NCBI RefSeq assembly: GCF_000092105.1
Contig: NC_014148.1
Coordinates: 1,980,001-2,012,000 of the forward strand
Direction of reading: 5' to 3'
Source of the DNA: Planctopirus limnophila DSM 3776
GTDB taxonomy: Bacteria; Planctomycetota; Planctomycetia; Planctomycetales; Planctomycetaceae
DNA length: 32,000 nt
A model generated the notes under the pieces. That model searched no databases, had not been told where the DNA came from, and saw nothing but the letters and a program-made list of their open reading frames with translations. This document shows, one piece after another, positions 7,703 to 17,339 of this stretch (its first letter is position 1; each line of letters begins with the position of its first letter). The translations under genes and the position numbers were made by a program.

Positions 7703-9160
7703 ATGATTTGTATTTCTGTTACTCCCGAATCGCGGCAACTGGCGAAAGTCGACATCCTGAATGCCGCTCGGCAATCCGATCTTGTCGAATTGTGTCTGGA
7801 TCGACTGCTCAAGGAACCTGATGTCAAAGACCTGATTGAGTCGTCCAAAAAACCAATTCTGGTCTCGTGTCGCAGTGCCGAAAATGGGGGAAGCTGGAAG
7901 GGAACTGAAGACGAGCGCATTCAGCTTTTGCGACAGGCGATTCTGGCCGGGCCGGCTTATGTCGAATTGGATGAAGAGATAGCGAAAAAGATCCCTCGAT
8001 TTGGCAAAGTCCAGCGAGTCATCAGTTATACCAGTATGAATCGACCGCTCCACGATCTGGAAGAAGCATTTGAAAATGCCGGGATCTTGCAGGCGGATGT
8101 CATCAAGTTTACCTGGCCTACTGACTTGCTGGAAGCGGCGTGGCCACTGCTCTCGGTTGTCAGTCAGAAACGGGCCATTCCCGTGGTGGGATTAGGGCTG
8201 GGAAAGTCGGGGCTTACCTTCTCATTGCTGGGTCGGAAATATGGCTCCCCGTGGATTTATGCCGCCCTCGAAAAGGGGATGGAAGCCTTCGTGGGCCAAC
8301 CCACAGTCAGTGAGTTGGATGATGTTTACCGCTGGCGACAGATTGGCCCGAAAACACGATTTATTGCCGTTGTCGGATTCGGGCTGGGCGAGACGATGCT
8401 CTGCAAAATTCTCAATGCGGGCTTTGATAACCTCGATTTGAATACTCGCTGCCTTCCCATCGAATTCCGATCCGTCGATTCCATTCCCAAAATGCTCGAC
8501 ATCCTCAAAATCCCCGGAGTCATTGCCACAAACTACGCCAGTCGCCGCGTCTTTCCGATCGCATCAGCACAGGACGAGGTCTCAGCGATTTCCAAAGCGG
8601 GGGATCTGTACATCAAGCGCCCCGACGGATGGGCCAGTCACAACCTTATTTGGAAGACGGCACTCAGGCTGCTGGAAGAAACGTTAGGGCGAACTGGCCC
8701 TGATGATCGACCGCTGGATCGCAAAAATGTCATGGTTGTCGGGAAGGGGGGGCTGGCAGCTTCGCTGGCTGTCGGGATCAAGAAACGTAATGGTCTGGTG
8801 AGCATCTGCTCGGCAGATGATGATGAAGGTCAGCAGATTGCCACCATGGCCGATGCCCGTTTTGTCCCTCTGGGCAAATTGTACGATACGCTGGTCGATG
8901 TCCTCGTCGTGGCGTCAGAGAATCTGGATCATGGCTCGCGAAAAACGAGTATCAGCCCCACGATCATTCGTCCCGGCATGACGATTCTCGATTTGAGCAG
9001 CATGCCCGCAGATTCACCATTGATTGATGAAGCCCGAGTGCGAGGGGCGAAAATCGTCGAGCCTGCCGAAGTCTTTGCCGATTACGCAACGAACCTCTTT
9101 CGTTCCATCACCGGTCAGGAACTTCCTCCCGAAGCTTTCGCTCAAGGATTAGCGGAATAG
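7703..9160 (+). CDS. type-I 3-dehydroquinate dehydratase / shikimate dehydrogenase-like fusion protein (possibly non-canonical)
   Basis: The N-half aligns by eye to AroD (MICISV..., CRSAENGG, ADVIKFTW with the Schiff-base Lys position). The C-half has an AroE-like Rossmann segment VVGKGGLAASLAV. Start placed at ATG 7703, which fits the AroD N-terminus; the track's GTG 7568 adds 45 unrelated residues. Confidence 0.75.
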   Translation: MICISVTPESRQLAKVDILNAARQSDLVELCLDRLLKEPDVKDLIESSKKPILVSCRSAENGGSWKGTEDERIQLLRQAILAGPAYVELDEEIAKKIPRFGKVQRVISYTSMNRPLHDLEEAFENAGILQADVIKFTWPTDLLEAAWPLLSVVSQKRAIPVVGLGLGKSGLTFSLLGRKYGSPWIYAALEKGMEAFVGQPTVSELDDVYRWRQIGPKTRFIAVVGFGLGETMLCKILNAGFDNLDLNTRCLPIEFRSVDSIPKMLDILKIPGVIATNYASRRVFPIASAQDEVSAISKAGDLYIKRPDGWASHNLIWKTALRLLEETLGRTGPDDRPLDRKNVMVVGKGGLAASLAVGIKKRNGLVSICSADDDEGQQIATMADARFVPLGKLYDTLVDVLVVASENLDHGSRKTSISPTIIRPGMTILDLSSMPADSPLIDEARVRGAKIVEPAEVFADYATNLFRSITGQELPPEAFAQGLAE

Positions 9161-9188
9161 CTGGGCGAGGCCATTACAAAAGCCGTGC

Positions 9189-9926
9189 TCAATTCGTAAA
9201 GATCCAGTTTCTGCTGGCAGGAGCCTTTTGAACCACTCGCCTCTGACTGGGTTCGACGGAATAGCCAGCTTTCTGGACTCCCGATGGTGCCAGCGTAGCC
9301 GTTGGCCCTAAGGGATCGAAGGGTTGTTCACCTCGCGGCCTCTCGCCAGGCAAAGAGTTCATCGTGGGTGGTGCGGAGTGATCGAGAAGATCAGGTTGAG
9401 TCGGATTCGATAAGCCTTGCGGAGATGAGCTTGGTGGTCGCGTGCCACTCTCGGGAACTCCCCCCCAACCCGGAGGAGCAGGAAGTTCCTGCGGTGTGCG
9501 TAACTGTTGCTGAGAAGGCCCGGACGATCCAGAGGGCATGGGTGGCATGCCTCGGTTTTCTGGGATTCCACCTGGCGTCGGAATAGGCGTTGTCCCGGAG
9601 TTTTGTGGAAACGGTTCTCCCGCTGGCCCGATCAGCATGTTTTCTGGAGGGCAGTTTGCTGTCCCATTCCAGGCCTGTGGCAGACGTCCCCCCGGGTTGT
9701 AAGCCCATTGTGTCATGGCCACACGATTGGGCCTTAAGGGAAGATGATCCCGCTCCTCACACCAGAAAGAGACCTGGCGGTAAGTGTTCCAATCGAAGGA
9801 GACCGAATGGATCGAGGTGTTGTGTTTCACCATCTGACAACCTGTCATCGAGATCCCACAAAAGGCGCAAAGAAGGCCTGTTTGCAAGACTTTTCGAAGA
9901 ACAGAATTGTCATTGCTGCCTGACAC
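9189..9926 (-). CDS. proline-rich putative lipoprotein
   Basis: GTG start at 9926. Signal plus lipobox-like LLCAFCGISMTGC. The remainder is P/G/S/Q-rich low complexity (PIPTPGGIPENRGMPPMPSGSSGP...). No recognised domain. Confidence 0.6.
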   Translation of the reverse strand: MSGSNDNSVLRKVLQTGLLCAFCGISMTGCQMVKHNTSIHSVSFDWNTYRQVSFWCEERDHLPLRPNRVAMTQWAYNPGGRLPQAWNGTANCPPENMLIGPAGEPFPQNSGTTPIPTPGGIPENRGMPPMPSGSSGPSQQQLRTPQELPAPPGWGGVPESGTRPPSSSPQGLSNPTQPDLLDHSAPPTMNSLPGERPRGEQPFDPLGPTATLAPSGVQKAGYSVEPSQRRVVQKAPASRNWIFTN

Positions 9927-10421
9927 AGAAAGTCATTCCCACTCAAGTAGCCCTCAAATCAATCACCGTCTCCCAGTTGTCTGTCGGAACATGAAAGACA
10001 ATTTCTTCCCTAGAACTCGATTGATCAGAAGAATCGCTAGAATCGGAATTGTTGAACGCATACAGGACGTTGAAACGTGATGGCCTGATCGTTGAGGTGG
10101 TTGGGCACAAGCTGGATGAAAATCGATCAAGGTGTGTGTCATGCTGACATCTCACAGATAACCAGCGCCATCATAATGAGTTTCATCAGCAGGTGTTGCA
10201 GCTTGAGACCTGACATTTCTTGAATATTTCTCGTTTTGTAAGATTAATGACCGTATGTGGTTACGAACATTTTTTGTAGCTTAGGCCAACGCAGGACATT
10301 TAGTGGCACCGTTTTCTCTGTGCATGTACGAAGTGGCAGGCTTTGCTGGTCTGTAGGCCGCTCAAGTTTGTCTTCAATGAATCATCTGGCCAGTCAGGTC
10401 TTGCAGCGTTTTCAGGAGGGA

Positions 10422-13385
10422 ATGATGTTCAACAAGAAGTTTCCATGGGGTTTGATCTCCTGGGCTGCCATCAGTTGCGCCGCCGGTGAATTCACGATGA
10501 GCCAGGTGGCCTTGGCTGATAAGCCTGAAAAGGGCGAGGTGAAAAAAGGTGAACCCAAATCGGGAGCACCTGCCGGTCGGCAGGATCGTCCACCAGCTCC
10601 CAGGTCAAAGGTGGAAGCCCCGTCAGCACGAAGTCCACAGGCGGCTCCACGGAGCCAACCGGCGCCTCGAATCGAGCGACGAACGGAAGCACCAAGACAA
10701 GCACCGCTTGCTCCCACAGCACCGGCACAGAAGTCTCCTGCTCCTGCGCAGCCAACACCCCGAGTGGAATCCAGACCTCCTGCACGAATTGCCAATCCCC
10801 TGCCGAATGGCCCTTCGGCAGTACCAGGTGGTAATCGCGAAACTAATCAGGGCAATCCAGGTGCTGATCGTCCCCGAAGCAACGAACGTCCCAGAGTCGA
10901 TTCGCCTGTGAATCGTGTTCCACAAATTGCTCCCACACTTCCTGGTGCCGGCACAACTGCTCCAGTCCCGACTCCGCGAAATGAACGAGGGGCCAATCTT
11001 CCTGATCGCAGAGTTCCAGGAACAGTCCCTCCGTCGAACTCTCAACCTCCCACTTTAACTCAGACACCCAGGCCATCGGCTCCACAAATTCCGCCTCGCA
11101 TCGCGAATCCTCTCGGTGGTAATCCTGCCGGAATAGAAGGTGGAGGCGATCGTCGTGTTCGTGAGCGTGGGCAGACTCCGGATATGAATGGTCAACCTGC
11201 CACACAAGGGACAGGGCGGAACGCTCCGGGCAATCGACCTCCCAACGGCGATGGGCCTCGCAATAACCGCCCAGAGATTGCTCCTGAACGTAATACCAAC
11301 CCTTCCAATCAGGTCACACCAAACCCGGCTGTACCGAATCCTGTAACACCCAATCTGGGTGGCGGCCGAGGCTCACGCACTGGCAACCTGCCTGGCAATG
11401 GGGGAACCAATCCGGGTTCATCGCCTGTTCGCCCTCAACCTGGGCTGGATCGCAGGCCCAATGCACCGAAAACTTCCGACGCTCCTGGCAGTGCCGAAGA
11501 GCCCGGAATCCCCGGGAATGTCGATAAACCCGAAGCTGGTAATCCGTCGGGCCGGGGCCTTCAACCTATGCCAGGTCGCGAAGATCGACCGGAGCGTCAG
11601 TCTGGAAAAGACAATGGACCTGATAGAAAAGCTGATATCGAAAACCGGGATCGTACTCGCGGAGAACGGTCTGAGGGTGCACTTCCAGGACTGCCGATTC
11701 CCGGTGGAACTTCTCCCAGCCGCGAAAATAATCCAGATCGTCCCGGACGTATGGATCGAAATGAATCCCGGCAAGACCGTGAGAATGACAACGACGAGCG
11801 AGGAGATCGCCAGCCTGGGCCGAGAGTGAATCCGGACCGTGACCGGACTCCGAACGGCGAAGGCCGTACCAATCGAGATAATCGACCTGTGTTCGGTGTC
11901 GCACCAGTCAAGCCAGTCAAGGCACGCACCCAAGACATCGAGCGACAGATTCAGGATCTCAATCGAAATGTGCAACGACTCGCTTCGGATCAGCGGGATG
12001 TTTCCCGTGCTCTTGATCGAGGGAACGTCATCCCTGTGCGAATTGGTGCAGATGGTCGGCTCGGACGTGACAATGACAATTGGGATTTGAGCCGTATTCA
12101 AAGCCGCGAACAGCTTCGAGAATTGAACAATTCACGCGATCTCGCCCGCTTCTTTGGTCGGAACGATGATCGCGAGTTGCAAACGCTGAGAATTGACCGG
12201 GTCAGTGGTCGATTCCAGGATCGACTCGTGGATAACCGCTGGGACAATTCATTTCGCAATTACAGCTTCTACAACCGCTTTAATGTCGGTCGGCAGTTTG
12301 AGCTGTACCGCAGAGGGGATGTCGCCAGACAACTCCAGTTCAATAACCTTCTCGTAGAACGTGGTGGTTGGAGAAATCGTTACTACGGCCCGATTGCTCC
12401 TGCCTATTCGCGTGTGAGTTTCAGTGGTTGGTATGCCGGGCCAAGGTATTACCCGCGATACACCTGGTTTCCCTTCTGGAGTCCGTGGGTTCGCTGGTCG
12501 TGGTGGAATACTGTCCCTGTCGTCTACGACCCCCGACCGGTGTATGTACGGCCGATCTACTGTGAACCAGCACCTGTCTGGACCACGGTCTGGCAGTACC
12601 CCCAATATCAAACGCTACCTATGGTCGCATCAGGGACCTGGTTGGACGTAGAACCTGTCACAGTTGTCGATAACAGTGTGGATATCCAACTGTTGGCTGT
12701 CCGATTCGTGGATTCTGGTCATACAGAACAGCAGTTGGGGCCCAGGTATCGTGTCTGGCTGCGGAACAATGCGACCTCCTCGATCTCGCAACCCTTCAAT
12801 GTGGTGCTGATGGCAGCGAATGATCTCTCTCCAAACGCCGCATTACCTCAGTCTGGTGTGACGATCGGCACGATGGAAGCTGGTCAGATCACCTCCGTCG
12901 ATATCCGTCTGCCGATTGAGGCCAATCAGTTGTTTGTGAATGCCGAAGGACGCAAGGAACCTTTCCAGAAACTGCATCTGATTGCAGATACAGAACGCGT
13001 GCTTAATGACAGTAATCTGGAGAACAATGTGGCGGTGGTTGACCGCGGAGAGATTTTATCGGTCGATCCGGCAGCATTCTCACTCGATACCACAGCGACC
13101 AGCCCGGGAACCATGGTCTCGCTGGCAGGTGAAGGATTAGGCCCAGAACCCGGACGAGTCGTGATCACGATCAATAATCAGGAAATTGATCCCGAAATCT
13201 ACGGCTGGTACGATCTTGGGGTTCAATTCAAGATCCCCGAGAACATCCCAGTTAACGGCGTCATTGATGCTCAGGTGCTGATTATCCGTGGTGATGGTGC
13301 CGTCACGAATCCGCTCGATCTGCAGATTGTGCCCGCACAGAACCTGGGGCCAGCTATTGGCTGGAATGATCAGCCTGGAATTTAA
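10422..13385 (+). CDS. large exported proline/arginine/asparagine-rich protein with C-terminal beta-sandwich (CARDB-like and IPT/TIG-like) domains
   Basis: AGGAGG at 10413-10418 precedes ATG 10422. Signal MMFNKKFPWGLISWAAISCAAGEFTMSQVALA. About 500 aa of P/R/N/G low complexity, then an R/D/N-rich block and a W/Y/P-rich block. The fold-like C-terminus includes VDIQLLAVRFVD...YRVWLRNNATSS...ITSVDIRLP and SPGTMVSLAGEGLG...VVITINNQEI...VLIIRGDGAVTNPLDLQIV. Confidence 0.75.
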   Translation: MMFNKKFPWGLISWAAISCAAGEFTMSQVALADKPEKGEVKKGEPKSGAPAGRQDRPPAPRSKVEAPSARSPQAAPRSQPAPRIERRTEAPRQAPLAPTAPAQKSPAPAQPTPRVESRPPARIANPLPNGPSAVPGGNRETNQGNPGADRPRSNERPRVDSPVNRVPQIAPTLPGAGTTAPVPTPRNERGANLPDRRVPGTVPPSNSQPPTLTQTPRPSAPQIPPRIANPLGGNPAGIEGGGDRRVRERGQTPDMNGQPATQGTGRNAPGNRPPNGDGPRNNRPEIAPERNTNPSNQVTPNPAVPNPVTPNLGGGRGSRTGNLPGNGGTNPGSSPVRPQPGLDRRPNAPKTSDAPGSAEEPGIPGNVDKPEAGNPSGRGLQPMPGREDRPERQSGKDNGPDRKADIENRDRTRGERSEGALPGLPIPGGTSPSRENNPDRPGRMDRNESRQDRENDNDERGDRQPGPRVNPDRDRTPNGEGRTNRDNRPVFGVAPVKPVKARTQDIERQIQDLNRNVQRLASDQRDVSRALDRGNVIPVRIGADGRLGRDNDNWDLSRIQSREQLRELNNSRDLARFFGRNDDRELQTLRIDRVSGRFQDRLVDNRWDNSFRNYSFYNRFNVGRQFELYRRGDVARQLQFNNLLVERGGWRNRYYGPIAPAYSRVSFSGWYAGPRYYPRYTWFPFWSPWVRWSWWNTVPVVYDPRPVYVRPIYCEPAPVWTTVWQYPQYQTLPMVASGTWLDVEPVTVVDNSVDIQLLAVRFVDSGHTEQQLGPRYRVWLRNNATSSISQPFNVVLMAANDLSPNAALPQSGVTIGTMEAGQITSVDIRLPIEANQLFVNAEGRKEPFQKLHLIADTERVLNDSNLENNVAVVDRGEILSVDPAAFSLDTTATSPGTMVSLAGEGLGPEPGRVVITINNQEIDPEIYGWYDLGVQFKIPENIPVNGVIDAQVLIIRGDGAVTNPLDLQIVPAQNLGPAIGWNDQPGI

Positions 13386-13421
13386 CCCTGTCTCAGAATT
13401 GAGCTCACGTTCTTCATGCCA

Positions 13422-13463
13422 TCCTCCCGAGAGACAGCTCGCCTCTCGGGAGGATTTTTATTT
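13422..13463 (+). terminator. rho-independent terminator downstream of the large proline-rich gene
   Basis: Perfect 12-bp stem TCCTCCCGAGAG (13422-13433) / CTCTCGGGAGGA (13443-13454) with a 9-nt loop, followed by TTTTTATTT (13455-13463). It lies 37 nt after the stop at 13385. Confidence 0.75.
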
Positions 13464-13564
13464 AGGCGAGCTTCAATCAGCGGCGGATGGTTCAGCCTTC
13501 GTTCAAATTCTGCTGAGTATCGAAACCACAAGGAGTAAGTGCGATTAAGCAGAAAGCTTAGACA

Positions 13565-14638
<1,074 letters not shown>

Positions 14639-14814
14639 TCACTTAGCGTGGGGTTGGTTCGTAGGAAGAGCTGAGCCGGTGAGCTCGAATTGCAAGGGTT
14701 GCCCGCTGCACTCATCCGGCGGTATTCTGAACTAGGCGGTTGTTTTGGCGTTCGATTGAGAAATGATTGTGACGCACTCAACCGATGATTTCATGTGAGA
14801 AAGAGTGCCCCGAC

Positions 14815-15078
14815 ATGATCAATTACGATTATTTCTGTCCTGCAAACAACGAAACGGTCAGCGTTGCCCATGGGATCCGTGAGCAGATTCTCACCTGGGG
14901 CGAACTCTGTGAGAAGGCAGGGCATCTGCCTGGAACCACACTAGCGGAGACACCCGTCGAAAGATTGATCTCAGGCGGTATGCTCGCCATGGTAGCTGGT
15001 GGCCGCAGTTCGGCATCTCCTTTACCTGTAATGAACAGTTGCTGTGGTCATCCTTCGGGCTGCAGCCGTCATGGCTAA
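14815..15078 (+). CDS. FmdB-family-like small protein (variant zinc-ribbon)
   Basis: Family-like N-terminus MINYDYFC. Cys/Gly-rich C-terminus SCCGHPSGCSRHG. The first CxxC is not intact (CPAN). Start chosen at ATG 14815 to match the family N-terminus; ATG 14785 is an alternative. Confidence 0.45.
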   Translation: MINYDYFCPANNETVSVAHGIREQILTWGELCEKAGHLPGTTLAETPVERLISGGMLAMVAGGRSSASPLPVMNSCCGHPSGCSRHG

Positions 15079-15187
15079 TGGTCAATGATCAAACACTTTT
15101 GCTGCTCTCAAATTTTTATGACCGCGTAAGAATTTACTCTGATGTTCAGCCGCCGCTTGCCATGATGCCTCTTCCGAGATTCCTGCC

Positions 15188-16135
15188 ATGAATTCGATCG
15201 CTGATTCCACACAGGCCGTCATCCCAACTCACCTGCCCAAGACATCATCGACCCCTGAACGGACAGAGCAGATTGCTCATGTGTTGGCCACCTGGCTGCA
15301 AACAAGGCTGGAGTCCTCGTCTCTTGAGTGGTTGGCTAGGCAATCGGAAAAGATCTCTCAAGGAGACCGTAAGGGATTATTTCTTTCATTTGGGCTCGTT
15401 CCGCGAAAAACTGGTAAATCCGATCTGAACCTCTCCTCCGAGGAGCTTCAAGCAGCCCACAAAGTGCGGGCAGGTTGGCACCCTGAGGCCTGGAGCGTCG
15501 ATCAGGCGGCCCGAACCTGGTTGATTCTCCAATGGCCACATCGAACCGCCGAAGAATTATTGAGTGTCCTTGATCCGCTCTTTAACGCCGGAGAAGTGCG
15601 AGAACTTGTGGCTCTCTACAGCGCTTTGCCACTGTTACCTTTTCCAGAGGCCCACCAGCAGCGGTGTGAAGAAGGAATTCGTTCCAACATTCGGAGTGTG
15701 CTTCTCGCGATTGTTTACGACAACCCGTACCCCGCCGAGAATCTTTGCAATAACTCATGGAACCAACTGGTTCTCAAGACATTGTTCAACGACATCTCAC
15801 TCAGTGGCATCTGGGCGGTTGATCAACGCAATAATCCGGAACTCGTCGACATGCTGCTCGATTTTGCAGAAGAACGTCAGGCAGCAGGTCGGCAAGTGCC
15901 TCTCGATCTCTGGCGACCCATGGTTCGTTTCCTGAATTCCCGGGCGACCCACAAGCTGCAGCAGCTACTGGAGTCAGGTAATCCCACGGAACAGCGGGCC
16001 GCATTCCTCACGTTGTTAGAATCAAACTCCGGCACGACTGCTTTGGACGGGTCTGCTTCCGCCAGCTCTCTTCGTAATGAATGGGAGACGGGCAATTTGA
16101 ACTGGGAACTTCTCGTGCCGCGAACTGTTAATTAG
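15188..16135 (+). CDS. conserved hypothetical protein, possibly EboA-like
   Basis: 315-aa helical-looking ORF with ordinary composition. Co-directional with and 116 nt upstream of a TatD-family gene, the eboA-eboB arrangement. The EboA assignment is from context and vague motif memory (NPYPAENL...NQLVLKTLF), not a verified match. Confidence 0.55.
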   Translation: MNSIADSTQAVIPTHLPKTSSTPERTEQIAHVLATWLQTRLESSSLEWLARQSEKISQGDRKGLFLSFGLVPRKTGKSDLNLSSEELQAAHKVRAGWHPEAWSVDQAARTWLILQWPHRTAEELLSVLDPLFNAGEVRELVALYSALPLLPFPEAHQQRCEEGIRSNIRSVLLAIVYDNPYPAENLCNNSWNQLVLKTLFNDISLSGIWAVDQRNNPELVDMLLDFAEERQAAGRQVPLDLWRPMVRFLNSRATHKLQQLLESGNPTEQRAAFLTLLESNSGTTALDGSASASSLRNEWETGNLNWELLVPRTVN

Positions 16136-16251
16136 AGATGCATCTTCCCCCGGATTTGACCACTCTAGGCGAAATATCATCTTGTTCCTGATGGTATTGC
16201 CAGCATCGTCAATACATCACAGCCGGGTGACTCCACAGGAGAGCTTTGATC

Positions 16252-17163
16252 ATGGCCTTTATCGACCCGCACATTCACATGGTTTCGCGAACAACTGCCG
16301 ATTATGAAGCAATGGCAGCTGCAGGTGTCGTGGCTGTCATTGAGCCGGCTTTCTGGCAGGGTCAGCCGCGAACGACTGCCGGTTCGTTTCAGGATTACTT
16401 TGCTACGTTGGTCGGCTTCGAACGATTTCGCGCTTCGCAGTTTGGCATTCGGCATTACTGCACGATCGGCCTGAATTCGAAAGAAGCCAATAACGAGCGA
16501 CTGGCCGATGAAGTGATGGAAATGCTGCCTTTGTATCTCACCAAAGAAGGGGTCGTGGCCATTGGTGAGATTGGCTTTGATGACCAGACCGCTCTCGAGG
16601 AGAAGTATTTGAGGTTGCAGCTCGAACTGGCTGTCGAGGTCGATCTCCCCATTCTGATTCATACGCCGCATCGAAATAAAAAGCGGGGCACCTATCGCAC
16701 GATGGATATCATTGAAGATCTCGGGATCGCTCCTCATCGTGTGGTGATTGACCACAACAATGAAGAGACCTGCAAAGAGGTTCTGGATCGTGGTTACTGG
16801 TGTGCCTTCACGATTTATCCCCGCACCAAAATGGGAAATGAACGAGTCGTCGAAATTATCCGACAGTACGGGACAGAGCGCGTCATTATCGACTCCTCGG
16901 CTGACTGGGGTGTTTCCGATGCTTTGGCAGTTCCCAAAACAGCTCGACTCATGGAACAGGCTGGAATCACCAACGACCAGATCGAAATTGTCACCTACCA
17001 GAATGCACTGGCTGCCTATTCGCCGAGTGGTCAATTTCGCGAAGAAGACTGGTTGAATCCCACGCCAATCGACCAGCGGACTCTTTTCCAGGGAAACAGT
17101 GTCCTGCGTGGTGGACAATCCCCTCGTGTCGATGAAGCGGGCGAGGAGTTGATCATCCGCTGA
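16252..17163 (+). CDS. TatD-family metal-dependent hydrolase (EboB-like)
   Basis: IDPHIHM (HxH metal site) at the N-terminus, AIGEIGFDD and ILIHTPH motifs of the TatD/amidohydrolase fold. AGGAGAG at 16237-16243 precedes ATG 16252; the track starts at TTG 16246. Confidence 0.8.
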   Translation: MAFIDPHIHMVSRTTADYEAMAAAGVVAVIEPAFWQGQPRTTAGSFQDYFATLVGFERFRASQFGIRHYCTIGLNSKEANNERLADEVMEMLPLYLTKEGVVAIGEIGFDDQTALEEKYLRLQLELAVEVDLPILIHTPHRNKKRGTYRTMDIIEDLGIAPHRVVIDHNNEETCKEVLDRGYWCAFTIYPRTKMGNERVVEIIRQYGTERVIIDSSADWGVSDALAVPKTARLMEQAGITNDQIEIVTYQNALAAYSPSGQFREEDWLNPTPIDQRTLFQGNSVLRGGQSPRVDEAGEELIIR

Positions 17164-17339
17164 GAATGGTTTCGAAATTCTGTGATTTCTTCGGTCGTCA
17201 ACGATTCGACTGGAATTTCCGGGGAAGAATGGGCAGACTTGCGTTCGGCAGGATGAGTTTACATTTATTCGTTTGGTGTGGTTGTATCAGGGCTGTCTTT
17301 ATTCCAACCATCCTGCCCCTTCGATCTCTTCTCGCTGCG

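Noticed and set aside
9943-10155. 70-aa minus-strand ORF in the 495-bp spacer between the two proline-rich genes
   Set aside because: It has no SD. Its Ser/Asp-rich composition is generated by a short AGAATCG repeat, and nothing in the sequence supports it as coding.
10412-12101. Several 100-230-aa ORFs in alternative frames and antisense within the proline-rich gene
   Set aside because: Low-complexity CCN/CGN-rich coding sequence keeps several frames open. Only the 10422-13385 frame has an SD, a signal peptide and folded C-terminal domains.
16177-17118. 313-aa ORF on the minus strand fully overlapping the TatD-family gene
   Set aside because: The plus-strand frame carries the HxH, GEIGFD and IHTPH motifs and a good SD. 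The antisense product has no motif and looks like a shadow ORF, which is common in GC-rich coding DNA.
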